Positions 25,125 through 40,329 of a stretch of 64,000 nt of DNA are shown in pieces. Under the pieces are notes generated by a model. It ran no database searches and was not told where the DNA came from. It saw only the letters and a list, made by a program, of their open reading frames with translations. Numbering within the stretch: the stretch's first letter is position 1; every line of letters starts with the position of its first letter. The stretch is from positions 1,031,866 through 1,095,865 of the forward strand of contig JAAOMT010000129.1 in assembly GCA_016748015.1 (NCBI GenBank), read 5' to 3'. This DNA is from Geosiphon pyriformis uo1. Taxonomy: Eukaryota > Fungi > Glomeromycota. Position numbers and translations under genes: made by a program.

Positions 25125-26341
25125 AACATGATATTAGTTTTTTTTAAACCAGTATTTGAGGAATGTATTACTATTGATGTTAAAAGAAAAATTAAAAATC
25201 ATTTTTAAAAGAAAAACACTTTTTATGATTGTACTTTTCAGTGACGAACTCTTATTTTTTATTTGTTTCTACAGATAATCTTTATGATAAATTTTTTCAT
25301 ATTCATATTCATATTCATATCCCACAATTCTTAAACTACAATTTTGTGACTTAAACAGTGAGTCATTGATGTAGTTTTCTTTTTCAAATTTTTCAAAAAT
25401 AGAAACAAAAAAAAGTACGTTATCCAGATTGAGTCCGAGTTCATGTTCTTTTTGTTAGCAATAAACAACAAATTATTATTATTATTATTATTGTTTTTTA
25501 TCAACAAGAATTTTTTTATACCGAATTTTCTGGTCATTGTCTAACACTTACAAAAATGTCACCAATGAAAAAGTGATCTGATCACGTTTTCAATTTAAAT
25601 TGTCTTAATAATTGTTACCGCATTTGGTTATTCTTAAAAAACGTCATTATTATATCATGAAGTAAGAAACAAGTTAGTCTGAGAATATTTAAATTCACAG
25701 AGAGATGAAACTCTGCTATTGTAATGATAATTGAGAACCTTTTGAAATTCCCAATAAAAAAAAAAATTGATTTATTCAATTAGGATTTTGATAATAAATC
25801 ATGAAAATAGCTTCTTTACATTTTGAATCAATTATAAAGTGGGCGTCATGTTTATGTAATGATTATGATTAAGAGATTAAAAGACTTGTAATGATAGCAT
25901 GTTGTTTCTTTATTTCCTTAATTGATTTTTATTTTTTTTAACCTTTGGGCAACACGTCTACGGGAAACAATCAAAAGTCTGTATCAATCAGGTTTATTAT
26001 TTAAAATTTGAGAAAATTTTTGTAGACTGAATTGAATGAATGATATCAAACTTGCGTTTCCTTGAGAGATTGTTGTCATTCTCTATGTCATCGTTACCCC
26101 CGGTCTACGTTATTTGATAGACTATTTGATTGATTCATTAAAAAGCCTTCCTTGATCAAAGTGAAATAAATACAAGCAAAGAAAATTTTCCCTCTCTTAT
26201 AAATAATCTTTATATTTCGCAAACTAATTATCCTTCTGGATTCTTTGTATATATCTCTTAAGAAAATTCTGATTTTCGTCTTTTTTCTTTCACCATTTGA
26301 AATAGACTAACCTAAAGAATCTATATATATATATACAAAAG

Positions 26342-27990
<1,649 letters not shown>

Positions 27991-28397
27991 TTGAGAGAAT
28001 AGGCAGAGGAGTATTTTAAATCGAACAAATCGTATTCTCAATTTTGGATTTTTTGGCAATCTGTATGTTTAATAATTGGCTCGCGTTGTTTGGTAAAACA
28101 GTTTCAGGAGGGTATATGAAACCTCTTGCACTATTTTAGCTTTATCTATGGTGTTTGAGGCGAGGACATTTTATCATTACCCTGTGTCAAGATTTTTGTT
28201 TGAATAGGTATTCCTTAATTCTCTGCAACATCAAAGAAATTCAACTCAAAGGAACAATACATTCTCCCCCGACCTGTGGAAAAAACGCTAAATATATTTT
28301 AGTGACAGGTTAAAATAAATGTGCTAGTTTCAATCAATAAAAGCTTTCAACGTCTAAAAATCAAGATCATTGTGTACAACTAATTATGTAATAATTA

Positions 28398-28398
<1 letters not shown>

Positions 28399-28431
<33 letters not shown>

Positions 28432-28438
28432 GCAGCAG
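28399..28438. repeat. (GCA)n microsatellite
   Basis: About 13 GCA units with one GCG variant; not in a credible ORF. Confidence 0.9.
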
Positions 28439-29734
28439 AGAGAGAAATCAGAGAATCGAAAACATTTAATTCATTTTATTTCAAAACTAATAACAGGCCT
28501 CCACAATTCGTAAAGGAATAATTTCAATTATTGGTGATAGAAATTTAACTGTAAAATGTAATATTCTCAAAAAAAAATAATGGCATAAAACTTTAGAGAA
28601 AGAGAGTGAACACATTATTTTCGAATCTTCACCCTATAGCAAATTACTGACTCTAAAAATTACAATAATTTACTAAATAATAAACTTAGCATGTTAAGTA
28701 GAATGATTTGTGAAAACCTCAGATTGGGGCTCAGCAAAGGGATAATACATTAATATTTATTAATATAAAAGCCCTTTCTTTCATTTATCCGTTTTTATAA
28801 TTTAAATATTTATCTACTAGTCTTTGTAAATCACCATTCAAGCTTTCCCTTTCCTGCTCTTCTCATCAATTGGAGCTTCGAATTTCGGAAAAATTTAATT
28901 TAATTTAATTTAATTTTTTTTTAATCAATCTGATAAAAAGATAATTTAGACATACTTAAACTTGCATTATAATAATTTGAATAAATTTTAAATTAAAAAC
29001 TAATGTATAAATTAGTAAAAAAATTTTAAAATATAATGAATTTAAAAGAAACTTATAATATTTTAGCAAAGTGTTTTTTCAAAATAAGAAAAAAATAAGA
29101 AAGATTTCAATTTTTACAAAAGGTGCAACTGATTATAATTATATTATCAATTTTTTTTTAAAATAATTATTTTTACAAATAAAAAAAATTGTATATATTG
29201 CATTTATATTATTCTGATATAACTATTTTTAATCATATTTTTAATAATAAAATTTTTTATATTAAATATAATATTAATAAAACCACATTGTATAAATTTT
29301 ATCATATGATTGCTAAATAATCTAACGAGTTTCTCTAAAAAAAAAAAAAAAAAAATTTGCGGAAAAATTTTGTTCCTGAAACCAAAAGGTTTATCAGCAG
29401 AAAAATGAGAAACATACTTTATTATAGTCGTTTTTATGGTTTAAACTAAAAATATATTTAATTACTTTCCTAAACTTTTTTTTTAATAGGTGAATCTAAT
29501 ATTTGTGAATTTCTTTAACTTTTTTTCGAAATGTAATTTAAATTGAAACCGTATTTATTAGCAAAATATAAAACTATTTAAAAATCCTTATTCCCCTATA
29601 TAAATATTGAAAGTTTTTAAGTTCCTTTGTGTGTTGTTTAAAAATCATTTCCTTCAACTTCATTAATTGAAAATCATATCTTTAAAGTTCATCGATTGAA
29701 AACACAAATTCATCTCTCGACTGGCTTGAAGCCA

Positions 29735-30652
29735 TGTATACTGTCATTAAAGAAAGTTTAGCAATTATTGGGTGTTATTACTATTCAAAATTTGCTAAAT
29801 TGGTAAAAAAAATATGATAATGTAATTGGTATTTCACAAGATCGAGGAAAGCAGCAGAGGCGGGAGATTCACTTGCACAATATAACCTTGCACTTTGTTA
29901 TGATAATGGAGAAGGAATAAAGGAAAATGAGGAAAAACCATTTGAACTCTAATCAAAATCAGCAGAGGCTGGAAATAAAAGGGCACAAAAAAACTTGGAA
30001 CGTGTTATTTTAATGGATGGGGAACAACGAAAAATGGGAAAAAAAGCATTTGAACTCTTTTTAAAAGGGGCGGCCGGAGATTCACTCACTAGAAATAATC
30101 TTGGAACGTGTTATTTTAATGGATGGGAAACAACGAAAAATCTAGAAAAAGCATTTGAATTCTATTTAAAAGCAGCACAAACAGGAAATATACACGCACA
30201 AATTAAATCTTAGATGGTACTATGAAAATGGATTGGGAAAAAGTGGGACACATATGTAGAATCCGCGGTCTTGAACTTTTTTTAGGATAATGGATGGGAA
30301 TAAGGAAAAAGTTCGAAAAAGCATTTTAACTCTATTCAAAAGTATCAGAGACGGAGATCCAAACGTATATTACAATCTTGGGATGGGAGACAGCAAAAAA
30401 CCTTTAAGTTATCAAAGGTGAATTTACTGATTTAAACGCCGGTAACTTCACGATAGTGGATCAAGATGTTCCATTTTATAATTCCAGTATTGGGGTTTTA
30501 ATGCCTGAATAATTCCAATGGAATGATTTTAGATTTTCAAGCTTTCTTTGATAGCCTTTTAAAAGAATTTCAGTGTCCTAAATGCAGCAACTTGGAAATA
30601 ATCATTGCTGAATCTCTTATATTTTCATTTTGTTATACTGATTATGATGAAG

Positions 30653-30729
<77 letters not shown>

Positions 30730-31531
30730 TATTATTATTATTATTATTATATTTTTAAAGCCGGCTTGCCGAAATGTCAAGAATGCTATCGCATATTAAA
30801 AGATCTATTTTGGTGTAAATCTTGTGAATATTCACGGTTTTCAAAGACTTGAGAAACATGGACTAGTGGAAATTAAAATGTTAATAATTATATAAAATTT
30901 ATATAAAAAGTATTTCTTAAAGCTCTAAGGGCTGTCTGGAATGGATTTCTCCCAACGATTACATTTTTAGATAAGGTGGTGGGAATGAGGAGGATTTGGT
31001 ATTGTTAAAAAAAGGGGTAAAGAAAAATCAGGTACATCAACGAAGTGGTAGGTTACAAGAGTTCCTTTGAGATGTCTTAAAAAGAGCTTAAATATAGAAT
31101 ATATTAAAAAATAATTTCTATGATATTTTTATTTTCATGCCACTAGAAATGCATTGAAATAGTTTATTGCACATCTTAATTGTGCTTCTTGCAAATACAT
31201 CCTTGAATGCTATAGAATAATAACAGATATTATAACAGAAGAATTTTGTCATGGTTTACCATTTGGGGAAATGGGGACCTTAAGATTTTTCTCAAGCTAA
31301 ACAACGATACTCTTACTTGAGGTATGTGTTTTTGTATTCTCTTTCAAATCATTAATAACTTAGAATTCTGTCCCCCTGCCAATTACTTTCCACAGTCAGG
31401 TAAAATTTATGGTGTTGTTCAATACCTAGGCGCCTGAAGTTTGTGACTTGTCGCCTCATACCAAATATAGCGATATATTTATAGTTATGTTATCATTTCT
31501 TGGGAAATTATTTCAGGCTGAAAATTTTATG
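29735..31531 (+). pseudogene. SEL1-repeat plus protein kinase pseudogene
   Basis: SEL1 repeats (AAEAGDSLAQYNLALCYDNGEGI; NNLGTCYFNGWETTKNLEKAFEFYLKAA), then CQEC..WCKSC, WTSGN, LEWIS, GGFG, GVVQY/APEV, HTKYSDI, WEIISG. Many stops and frameshifts. Confidence 0.8.
30653..30750. repeat. (AAT)n directly followed by (TAT)n
   Basis: About 25 AAT units abutting about 7 units of the complementary-strand repeat. Confidence 0.9.
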
Positions 31532-31533
31532 TA

Positions 31534-31960
31534 CAGTACCCCCAAAAAATTAACGCCCAATTCAAAATTGAACACAAAATTCTGATACTTTTCCGATTTA
31601 CTTAATTCATTTTACAAATTATAAACCAAATAAATTTTTTTATCTAATTAATACTTAATCAGTCCTCTATTCTGCTTCAATCCTTTTTTTTGGCATTGAG
31701 GCAATAATTTTTTTGAGAACGGAGGTATCGAATTTCTCCTATTCCTTCTTTACCACAATTTTAAGACTTCATATTTTGGATATTATACTTCATTGCGTTC
31801 TGAAATGGTTTTTTCACCATTTTTTTGTATTTATTACAAATATTAATAGTCCTTTTAATCCTCCTGCAAAACATCTTCAAATCATTATAAGCAATTAGAA
31901 TTAAATTTTTCTCCAATCTGCCTCGTAAGCGGTTTTATTTTTATTTTCCTCGCATTAACT
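31534..31960 (-). mobile_element. Tc1/mariner remnant inserted at a TA in the kinase pseudogene
   Basis: ta|CAGTACCCCCAAAAAATTAACGCCC is a Tc1-like terminus. The minus strand reads I*RCFAGGLKGL (WGCF motif) and LKIVVKKE*EKFDTSVLKKIIASMPKKRIEA (Tc1 transposase C-terminus). Other TIR not found. Confidence 0.7.
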
Positions 31961-34900
31961 AACACAAAAGTATAAGAATTTGTTTCAGGGATATAAGATT
32001 TTTTTGTTACGATTTATGAGTCAAGTCCGGAGTTTTAGAGTATATTTGCGGCAGTTGATAGACTACATTTAAGACCTAAATTGTTGACAATTTAATGAAG
32101 TGGCTGATGGTCGTTTTTTCTTGGCTTTATATATACCGGTAAATCTTTCGTCGTTGCTAAGAATTTGTGGTCTTGGATATATATTTAAAAGGTTTATTTA
32201 GTAGTACTGGCTATAAATAATCAATAGATTTTTGTTAATTGAATACCGAGTTAAGTGAAAGAATTAATCAAAAATATCAAAATAAAATTCTATATTAAAC
32301 CCGAATATTATTTTATCCAAACTATTTTAGATTTTGAGTATGTCTTAATTCTGATAAAAGGTCTAAAAATCACTCATTACTATTCTCTCCGAAAACCTTT
32401 AAAAAATAAAAATTCTTTGCTTTTTATATTACATATAATATTTATCTAAGATAACGAGGAAGATTAGGAAAATGATCCCCAAAAAGGTGGATTGGGTATC
32501 TCGATATCAGATTTCTAGAGAATGAAGAAGTAGTGAGATATACAAAATATTGTTTCTCAATGCGACCGCAATAGTTTGGGTATTCTGGAGCAACAGAGCT
32601 GATAATTATCTTTATATGAGAATTATGAAAGAACACCATAATTTTGCACCACAAACGTAATTATTGATTGAATTGCAAGTTAAATGAACCCTACTTTATA
32701 AGGTCAACAGTGCTTTGTTGAGCATTCCAACTTCTGTTGTTTTTAATAAGTAGAAAATTAAAAGTCCTTGTATTTAAAGAACAAACAAAACAGCATTTTT
32801 GTTGGTTGCAAGAAATTTCAAGATTATTATACGCATGCATATTTTCAATTGAGTGCGATACTGGTTAACAAAAGTTATTTGTTGTATTTAAACAGAAATT
32901 CTAGCTTAGTTTTCACATATCCAAAAGCACTTGCAGCTGTTTAACTTCATTCAAGAAACGTTAAAAAAGATCTTTTTTGTAAAGGAAATAGGCATGGCAA
33001 AATTTTATTGATGATGTTTCTAAATTATCGGAAAAAAATGGGTCAAATTTGAATTTTCTCGCATCATACCCATTAACATTGGAAGAGTTTTTTTTTGGTT
33101 TTGAAAATTATAAAAAATATAATTTTTTATTGATATATTTTTTAATCATTAATTATTGATTTAAACTTTACAAAAAAATTATTATAAAATATTATTTTAT
33201 TTAAGAATTATTATTATAATTTATATCTATTTTTAAACTTTACAATTTATATCTATTTTCAAACTTTACAATTTTCAAATTTTTATTTGAGGCTATAATT
33301 AAAATCAATAATTAGATAATTTCAAAAAAAGTAAAAATATAAGTCACAGAATTAAAATTTAAAATATTTTATAAATAAATAAGTATTTTAAAAAAATTCA
33401 AATTAAAAATTTTGATAAATTGGTTGCTAATTTTATTAAAAAATTTGTTAAAAACTAAAAAAAAGTTTGGTATGTGTTTTTTAAATAATAAATAAAATAA
33501 GTAATAAAATTAAATTTTTAATAAAAAATAACAAATATTAATATTTATTTGATTATTCAAAATTATTTATATTCTTAAAAAAAAACATAGAAATTAAGTT
33601 TTTTATAATTATTTAAAATTAAAATAAAATAAAATAAAATAAAATAAAATAAAATAAATAAAACTGATGTAAAAGATTTTTTTTCTAAAACTTTAATTTG
33701 ATAAGTGTAAATTTTTTTACATTTTTGGAATAAGTCTTGATAATTTACTTTTAATTATTTACTTTAATATAAAAAATCTTTTTTTTAAAGTTTAAATAAT
33801 ATTTCTATTTTATATATAAACTATAAAAGTAAAGAAAATTTACATAAACATTGAAACAATAATATACCTTTTTTATAATACTAATAACTAGATACAATTT
33901 TTAAATATGTTAATTGCATTAAATATTTGAAAATTACAAAACTCTTAAAGTATTAAACTATTTATATTTTAAATTTCTTATTAAATCACCATAGTAAAAA
34001 AGTTTATTAAGAGGTTCCAACATTATTAAAACACATCCCCGAAAATTGAACAATTTCTAATTAACTAAAAAATTCTATGCTTTATTGCAGTAATAATATC
34101 CTTTATCCTTCTAATATATTCTATAAACCTACAACAGTTTTTTGATTAACAGATACTTCGCTTATGTAATCCCTTTGGATTTTTAATAAGCAAGACTAAC
34201 TTATTAAGCGTTAATTTTACTCTCGTTTATTTATTTATACTAGGGTGTGTGTGTGTGTGGTTTGCTATATAATGCATATGAATATCAATATCTCCCTTGG
34301 CTATTAAATTGGAATTACAAGAAAAATTTATAAAATGTAATTCAGACAATTTAGATAAAGATATTGTTTTCCATTCTTTGATATATTATCCAACCCTAAC
34401 CTTATACACATATCCAGTTAATGCTTCTAGAGGTGACCCCGCTTATTCCTTTAACTTTTTCAATGAATAAACACAGAGCATAGAGCACAGAGCATGATAA
34501 TGTATTTTTCTCCTTGATGTCAGTGGTTAAAAACTCTATCCTTCGTTTTAGATTTCATCTTTTGTTGATATTTGGAATTATCCAAAAACTATATATAAAT
34601 TTTTTTCCAGTAGAACAATGAATTTGTCTAATGATTTCTCATTAGTTTAGCAAAAATAGTGATGAAAAAAAAGTTGCATTCAAGACTGGATTTGTGATAA
34701 CAAGGTGATGGTGTTTAGAAAAAAAAAAAAAAATTCATCCATCTATTTTCTCAGCCTAATGGTGGCGTTGAGAATTTTACAGGTAATGATAGGTCAGTAA
34801 TTCAACAAGTATTATTTTTCACACCCCAGCTGAAGAGGTCTATTTATATCCTATAAGAGTCACTCGAAAGGATCCCTTCATTACAAGGCTAGTACATACT

Positions 34901-34967
34901 TAATCAGCAACTGTGATAGGATCAATAAGTTTGTGCACGTAACCAACGCGTGATATAAGATCTTAAA

Positions 34968-36859
34968 ATGAATTTCGAAACAGTCTTGATTTACCTTTCC
35001 ACCTTCAATATGCCCTACAGTAATAAAAAATATCGTTATATTACTGTTCCTGCCGTTACCCGATCTGTCGCGCAGAAATTAAAACAGTCGGGCAACACAA
35101 CCACACAAACATCATTACAGGCTACAGGACATCCTGGCAGCCCTATCAAAACAGAAGCCGAGGAAACAACTCAAACAAAAATGCAAGTTCAGTCTTCGTT
35201 TGAAAAGACCAAAGAAACCAACAATAGAAAAAGTAAGAATTTAAATACATTAATAGAAGTTATCAGTACTCAAGTGTTAAAAAAATAAGTTTCAATTTCT
35301 TGAAAAAATTACTCAAGCAACAATAATGAAGCGATTGCATAAAAAAAGATTTTCACTGATTTTTACCGATCAAGAGGCAAAATTTCGATTAGAAATTTAC
35401 AATACTAACCTTTATAAATTAATTATTAGTGTTTACTAATGAGCCATCTCATGTAAATAATCCAGAAACAAAACGTCAACGTGGACGACCAAAGAAGCAT
35501 GACTTAGCTACAAACACCGAACCACAAAAAACTAATATTAATTCACAGCAGTCAAACGTAAAAATAATAATGATAAATAAAACAACTGAAGATCCCTCTG
35601 CAGAAGACAATACCGATAGTAATATTAAACCGCCAGCCAAACGGAGAAACTTCACTATAACAAAGCTGGAGGAAACTTTAGCTAATACTGAGACCATGTT
35701 ACACTCGGTTTTAGATAAGGATCATCTTGATCAATCGTCTCAACCACCAGAAAATAACTCAAAGATCATCGTAAAAAGAGGTCGACCTAAGAAGCAAAAA
35801 GCTAATGCAGACCAGGTATCAGTAAATAATGTCCAAGAAAAAGTTTTTGAATCAACGGCGACAAAGGAATTGGCTCAACCCTTGGAAAGCCGATCAAAAA
35901 CCACAGTACAAAGGGGTCGACCTAAAAAACAAAAAGCAGATCCAGACCAAGCGTCAGGAAATAACGGTCAAGAAAAAGTTGCCGAATCAACTACGATAAA
36001 GGAATCGGCTCAACTCCCAGAAAGTCAATCAAAACCCACCGTAAAAAGGGGCCGACCAAAAAAGCAAAAAGTTGATGTCGCTCAAATATCAACAAAAAGT
36101 ACCCAAGAAAAAGCTTCCGATTCAATTGAAACAAAAGGGCGATTAAAGAAAAATGTCAAAGAGATTTCAGCTCAGGACGAAATAATTATCACCACTCCTA
36201 CCGTTCCGAATTCCCAAGACAGAAAGGTAGAACAACTATCTTTTAAAGTCAATGAGATTCCAACAATGGGTGTTGACCAATCTGTTAAGCCTCAAAATCA
36301 AATCGATCAAGATTTAGCAACCTCCGCCATGATTAGCAGCAGGAAACGAAAGCAAAACCAAGATGAAGGAATTCTTGAATCTACAAGCGAAGTATATCTG
36401 AATCATACCTTTGAAATCCAAAGTAATACACCTTCAGAAAAAAATCCCAAAGGTACCGCGAGAGGTCGAACTAAACGTCAAAAACGAGAAGGGACTCCGG
36501 TTGAAAAAAAAATTCCAATATCAGCCCAAACAAATCCCGACGCTAATATTTCTACTGCTAAAAATTCTAAGAGGGATGGTTCAACAACGAATAATTCTGT
36601 ACAAGGCTCTTCATGTGATATCGGTAGAAAACGCAAGCAAAAAGATCATGACAATCAATCACCAAATTTTGATGCATCCGGCAATTATAAAACAACGAAA
36701 GATGATTTTACGGGACCAAGTAAACGTACGAAATTCGAATATATTGAAGAAACCATCCCCGGTTATGATTACGACGCCCAAGATTTTATCAATTCTATTT
36801 ATGACGAGGAAGAAGCTAAGGATGCTGCAAATATTCTCTTTTCTATGTCCTTGGTTTAG
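34968..36859 (+). CDS. Disordered nuclear protein with four AT-hook motifs
   Basis: Exon 1 (ATG 34968 or 35010) to 35232, phase-1 intron 35233-35429 (gtaaga..ctaac..tag), exon 2 to 36859. RGRPKK x4, degenerate KGRLKK and RGRTKR, basic NLS-like RKRK clusters, acidic C-terminus ending DAANILFSM. Confidence 0.8.
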
Positions 36860-38371
36860 CATTTCCAGTTCTACCTTTTTAGATAGATTAATCCAATTAC
36901 TATAGGACCTATAAGAGAAAAGGTTAGGTTTTTTGTTCACCTTGGATAACTAGCAGTTTTTGGATCTAATTTTAGCTTTCAGCGTTCATTAAGCATAATA
37001 AAAAATTTCATTTTTCAAATAATGAAATTTCAAAGTGATTGTGGTTTATATAATTATAAATATATATTATATTGGAAGTTTAAACAATATAATTTTTATA
37101 TTGATAAATTTATGCAATAATATATTAATTTAATATAAAAGATTATAATTAGCAATAAATTATATATTTTTTTTTCAAAATATAAAAATATTCATTAATT
37201 AAAAAAATCTTATTACACGTATAATGTTTTTAATAACCGAAATAATTAAAATTGCTGATTGTGTAACTGCAGAACATTACCATTTAAGATAATCAAATTT
37301 GTGCGAAATTTTTTATGTGCTTTGACTTTTTATTTGATACATAAAAAGAAGATATCTTAAAGAAGAAATCTATACATTTTCACGCTGGCACAAATATGAA
37401 GGATAAAATTCACAATATTTTACTCTCTTACTATTCTTATCAACTTTATATTTTGAAAATTTTGAAAATCGTGGAAAAATAACAACTTTTAATTTTCTTT
37501 AAAATAATTATATGAAACCATTTAGTTCCTCATTTTGAAGGCCATATCTATAATCAATCTAATTTACAAACCGTTTCAAATTTTTTCATCCACCTTTCGA
37601 TCATTTTTGCTTTTAGAAAATGATAGTTAATAATTACAATAATTATGATAAACCTACTTCATAAAAAAGATTCGTAGTTTACTTATCAATCCAAATCTTT
37701 AAGAGTTAATAATATCTTTTTTAAAAAATTTTCCTTATACTCTGGTTATACATGTAAATAGTCATAAGAAGTTCGATACTAATAATAATCTTCATGCTGC
37801 TTATTTATAATGCCGATGCCAAAAAAAAAGGAGGCAAAAAGATGAATTTTTTTCTACTATAATTATTATTGAATATAAAAAAGTAATTTATTATTTATTT
37901 TTTTCAAATCTGACTAAATTATTTTTTTTAATAATCTTAATTTTTGAAAATTATTTTTTATTATTTGATATTTTCATATGTAAATTTTATTGTAATTATC
38001 AAATTTTTTTAAAAAATATATAAAATTAATTAAATTAAATATTTATATTTTGACAATTATTCAATAACAAAAAATAAAAATAAAAATTGTAATTATATAA
38101 ATAATTTTAATACTTAAAATTATTTATTTTATTTATTTTGTAAAACTTTATTCATAGTATTTTTTTAAATATCTTTTGTTTTTTTATATATTTTATTGTA
38201 AAACATAAAGTTTTTTTTTATTTTAATGACTAAAACTTTTGATGGAACCAAATAATATTTGCAAAATTATTAGTATAAATTAGATACTTTGTAAAACATC
38301 ATCATTATTATCATTGAGTATTTAATTCAGAGATCATCAAAAACAGTAACTTATTCTTCAATTGTAATAAA

Positions 38372-38440
38372 TAACAGCAAAAGGTCTCGATTCTCCAGCC
38401 TCGGGATTATGAGACCCACTACCTTCTCTGCGATATAAGT
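38372..38440 (-). pseudogene. Possible degenerate tRNA-Met(CAT), initiator-like
   Basis: Minus strand tgggt-CTCATAA-tcccg anticodon arm, then ggaga-ATCGAGA-ccttt (initiator-like T loop) and tgctgtta at the 3' end. The 5' acceptor strand and D arm do not pair. Confidence 0.3.
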
Positions 38441-40329
38441 TTCTCATTCAATTGATTTACTATAAATTTTGCGAGGGCTTTTAGATTATCATTCTCAAAG
38501 ATTTACAATTCTTCACAGTTCATATTACAAAATCATTTGCTTTGTCACCAATCATATAGTAAAGAACATTATTGGGGAATTCTCTTCGCCGATCTCAATA
38601 CTAATTACAATATACCCAAATCTAACCGTTTCCAAAGATCCACTCTTACTGCTTTTTACTCTCCTGCCGCACCTCAGAATTCTGATCGGAATCACAGGTT
38701 GCAGCCTTCTGATCACCAATCGTGGCCTCAGTTTCTGGATCAACTTCTTTGCCGGTGCGAGCTTCGTGTTGGTCCGAGTATTGTTTGGCTGTGCTCAAAC
38801 TAAGCGTGATAGCAAAAATTTTTGAATAATTTGAAATTTGTAACACAATTTACATAATATAAAATCTCACCGCTCTTCTTGCGAAGCATTAGGACTATGA
38901 GAGACATTTTTATTAGCTTTTTCACTCATGTTATCTGTTTTAATTAGCGCCAAGATTTTTTTTTTAAAAAAACGACTTGCTATTATTAATAGATGGGATA
39001 TATATTAATAATTATGGCGGTCTTTTTACACGTTTCTAGTTTTTGTGAGCTTCTATATATATATATATACTATAACAGGCTTACCATCTCATTATTTAAA
39101 AAGTGCCACCATAAACAAAGCATCATATCAAGCAAAGAAAATGATTTCATTGATACATCATGAGAAAAGCGCCTCATATGATAAATTATGATGTTGATGA
39201 TTGTTTATTTTATAAAATGCATGAGATCAGATAAATTGTCTATTATGAATAGAGAGAATCATGATTATTATATGAAAATAAAAGACATTCAAATCATGAA
39301 AGTGACATCAACCCAAAATCTCTTAAATCTAAAAGCTAATAATATATTTTGTGATATTTGCTTGTATAATTATTTATTTAAAAGAAGTCGAGTTCAAATA
39401 AAAAGTCAACAGCATATTAAAATTATTCTAAATATCTTTATTTCACTTTTCTTATAGCAAAAAGTTAATATTATAATCAATAGCATTAAGTATTTCTTAG
39501 CCGTCATCATCATAGTTTGTTAATTATTTACTCTGTAAATATTAGAATAAATCAAAATTAAAATCAATTAAGTAATTTTTATATTATATATCTTGAGTAT
39601 AATTAATGGAACATTACAATTTTTTGTGAACTGGTCTCATACTAAACCCAATTTCAAATCTCGATACCATTTCCTCTTAAATTTAAATTTTTCTAAATTC
39701 CAAAAAAAATGTTTTTGAGCATGAGAGTTACCAATTGCAGAACATATTTTGAAATGGTGCTGAAGATAATATATATTTTTATATTTATTCTAAATTAAAA
39801 TTTCAAGTTACTAAAAATTTACTTAAATATGGCTTTTTCCTAAAGGGATACGGTCTAATAACATTGTTGTTCTTTAAAGTAGTCCATTTGATAATTTTTT
39901 AAAAAAATCAAATGGTTAACAAAAAAATTTGGCGAGAGTTGGATGGTCAAAAATCTAAAGAAAAGAAAAATTTAAGGACAGCTTTTATTCAATGTTTTTA
40001 AATATTAGAAGTGTCGATACATCAAATAAATTATTTATATTAGAATCATACTCAACAAATTATTGGCATAAGGAATGGGGTCTTAAATCTTTATCAGAAT
40101 TAAAATGTGTTTTAATTCTGATAAAGGTTTAAAGTGCTTAGAAATTCTGTTTTTTAATGGAAATAGTGGGTATCTTAGACGAGCTGACTTAATTTCATCA
40201 ATTGTGAACGTACCATTCATCAAAGCTAATGGCACAACTTTGCTTTGAAAAAAAGCGGTTTATATTAAACAAACTCTTGCTAATATATTTTTCTAAATGA
40301 AAAAGCTTACAATTTGCAGAACATGTAGG

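Noticed and set aside
30523-30852. Poly-Asn/poly-Ile ORFs as real proteins
   Set aside because: Read-through of an (AAT)n/(TAT)n tract within a pseudogene.
32442-32960. Moderately GC-richer stretch with a 70-aa minus-strand ORF
   Set aside because: No recognisable motif or consistent splice pattern; cannot be called.
34240-34402. tagggtgtg and ccctaacc as telomeric repeats
   Set aside because: Single isolated units, not tandem arrays.
36411-36940. Overlapping alternative-frame and antisense ORFs (also 18882-19142, 27517-28059, 35476-35697)
   Set aside because: Shadows of real coding exons with no independent motifs.
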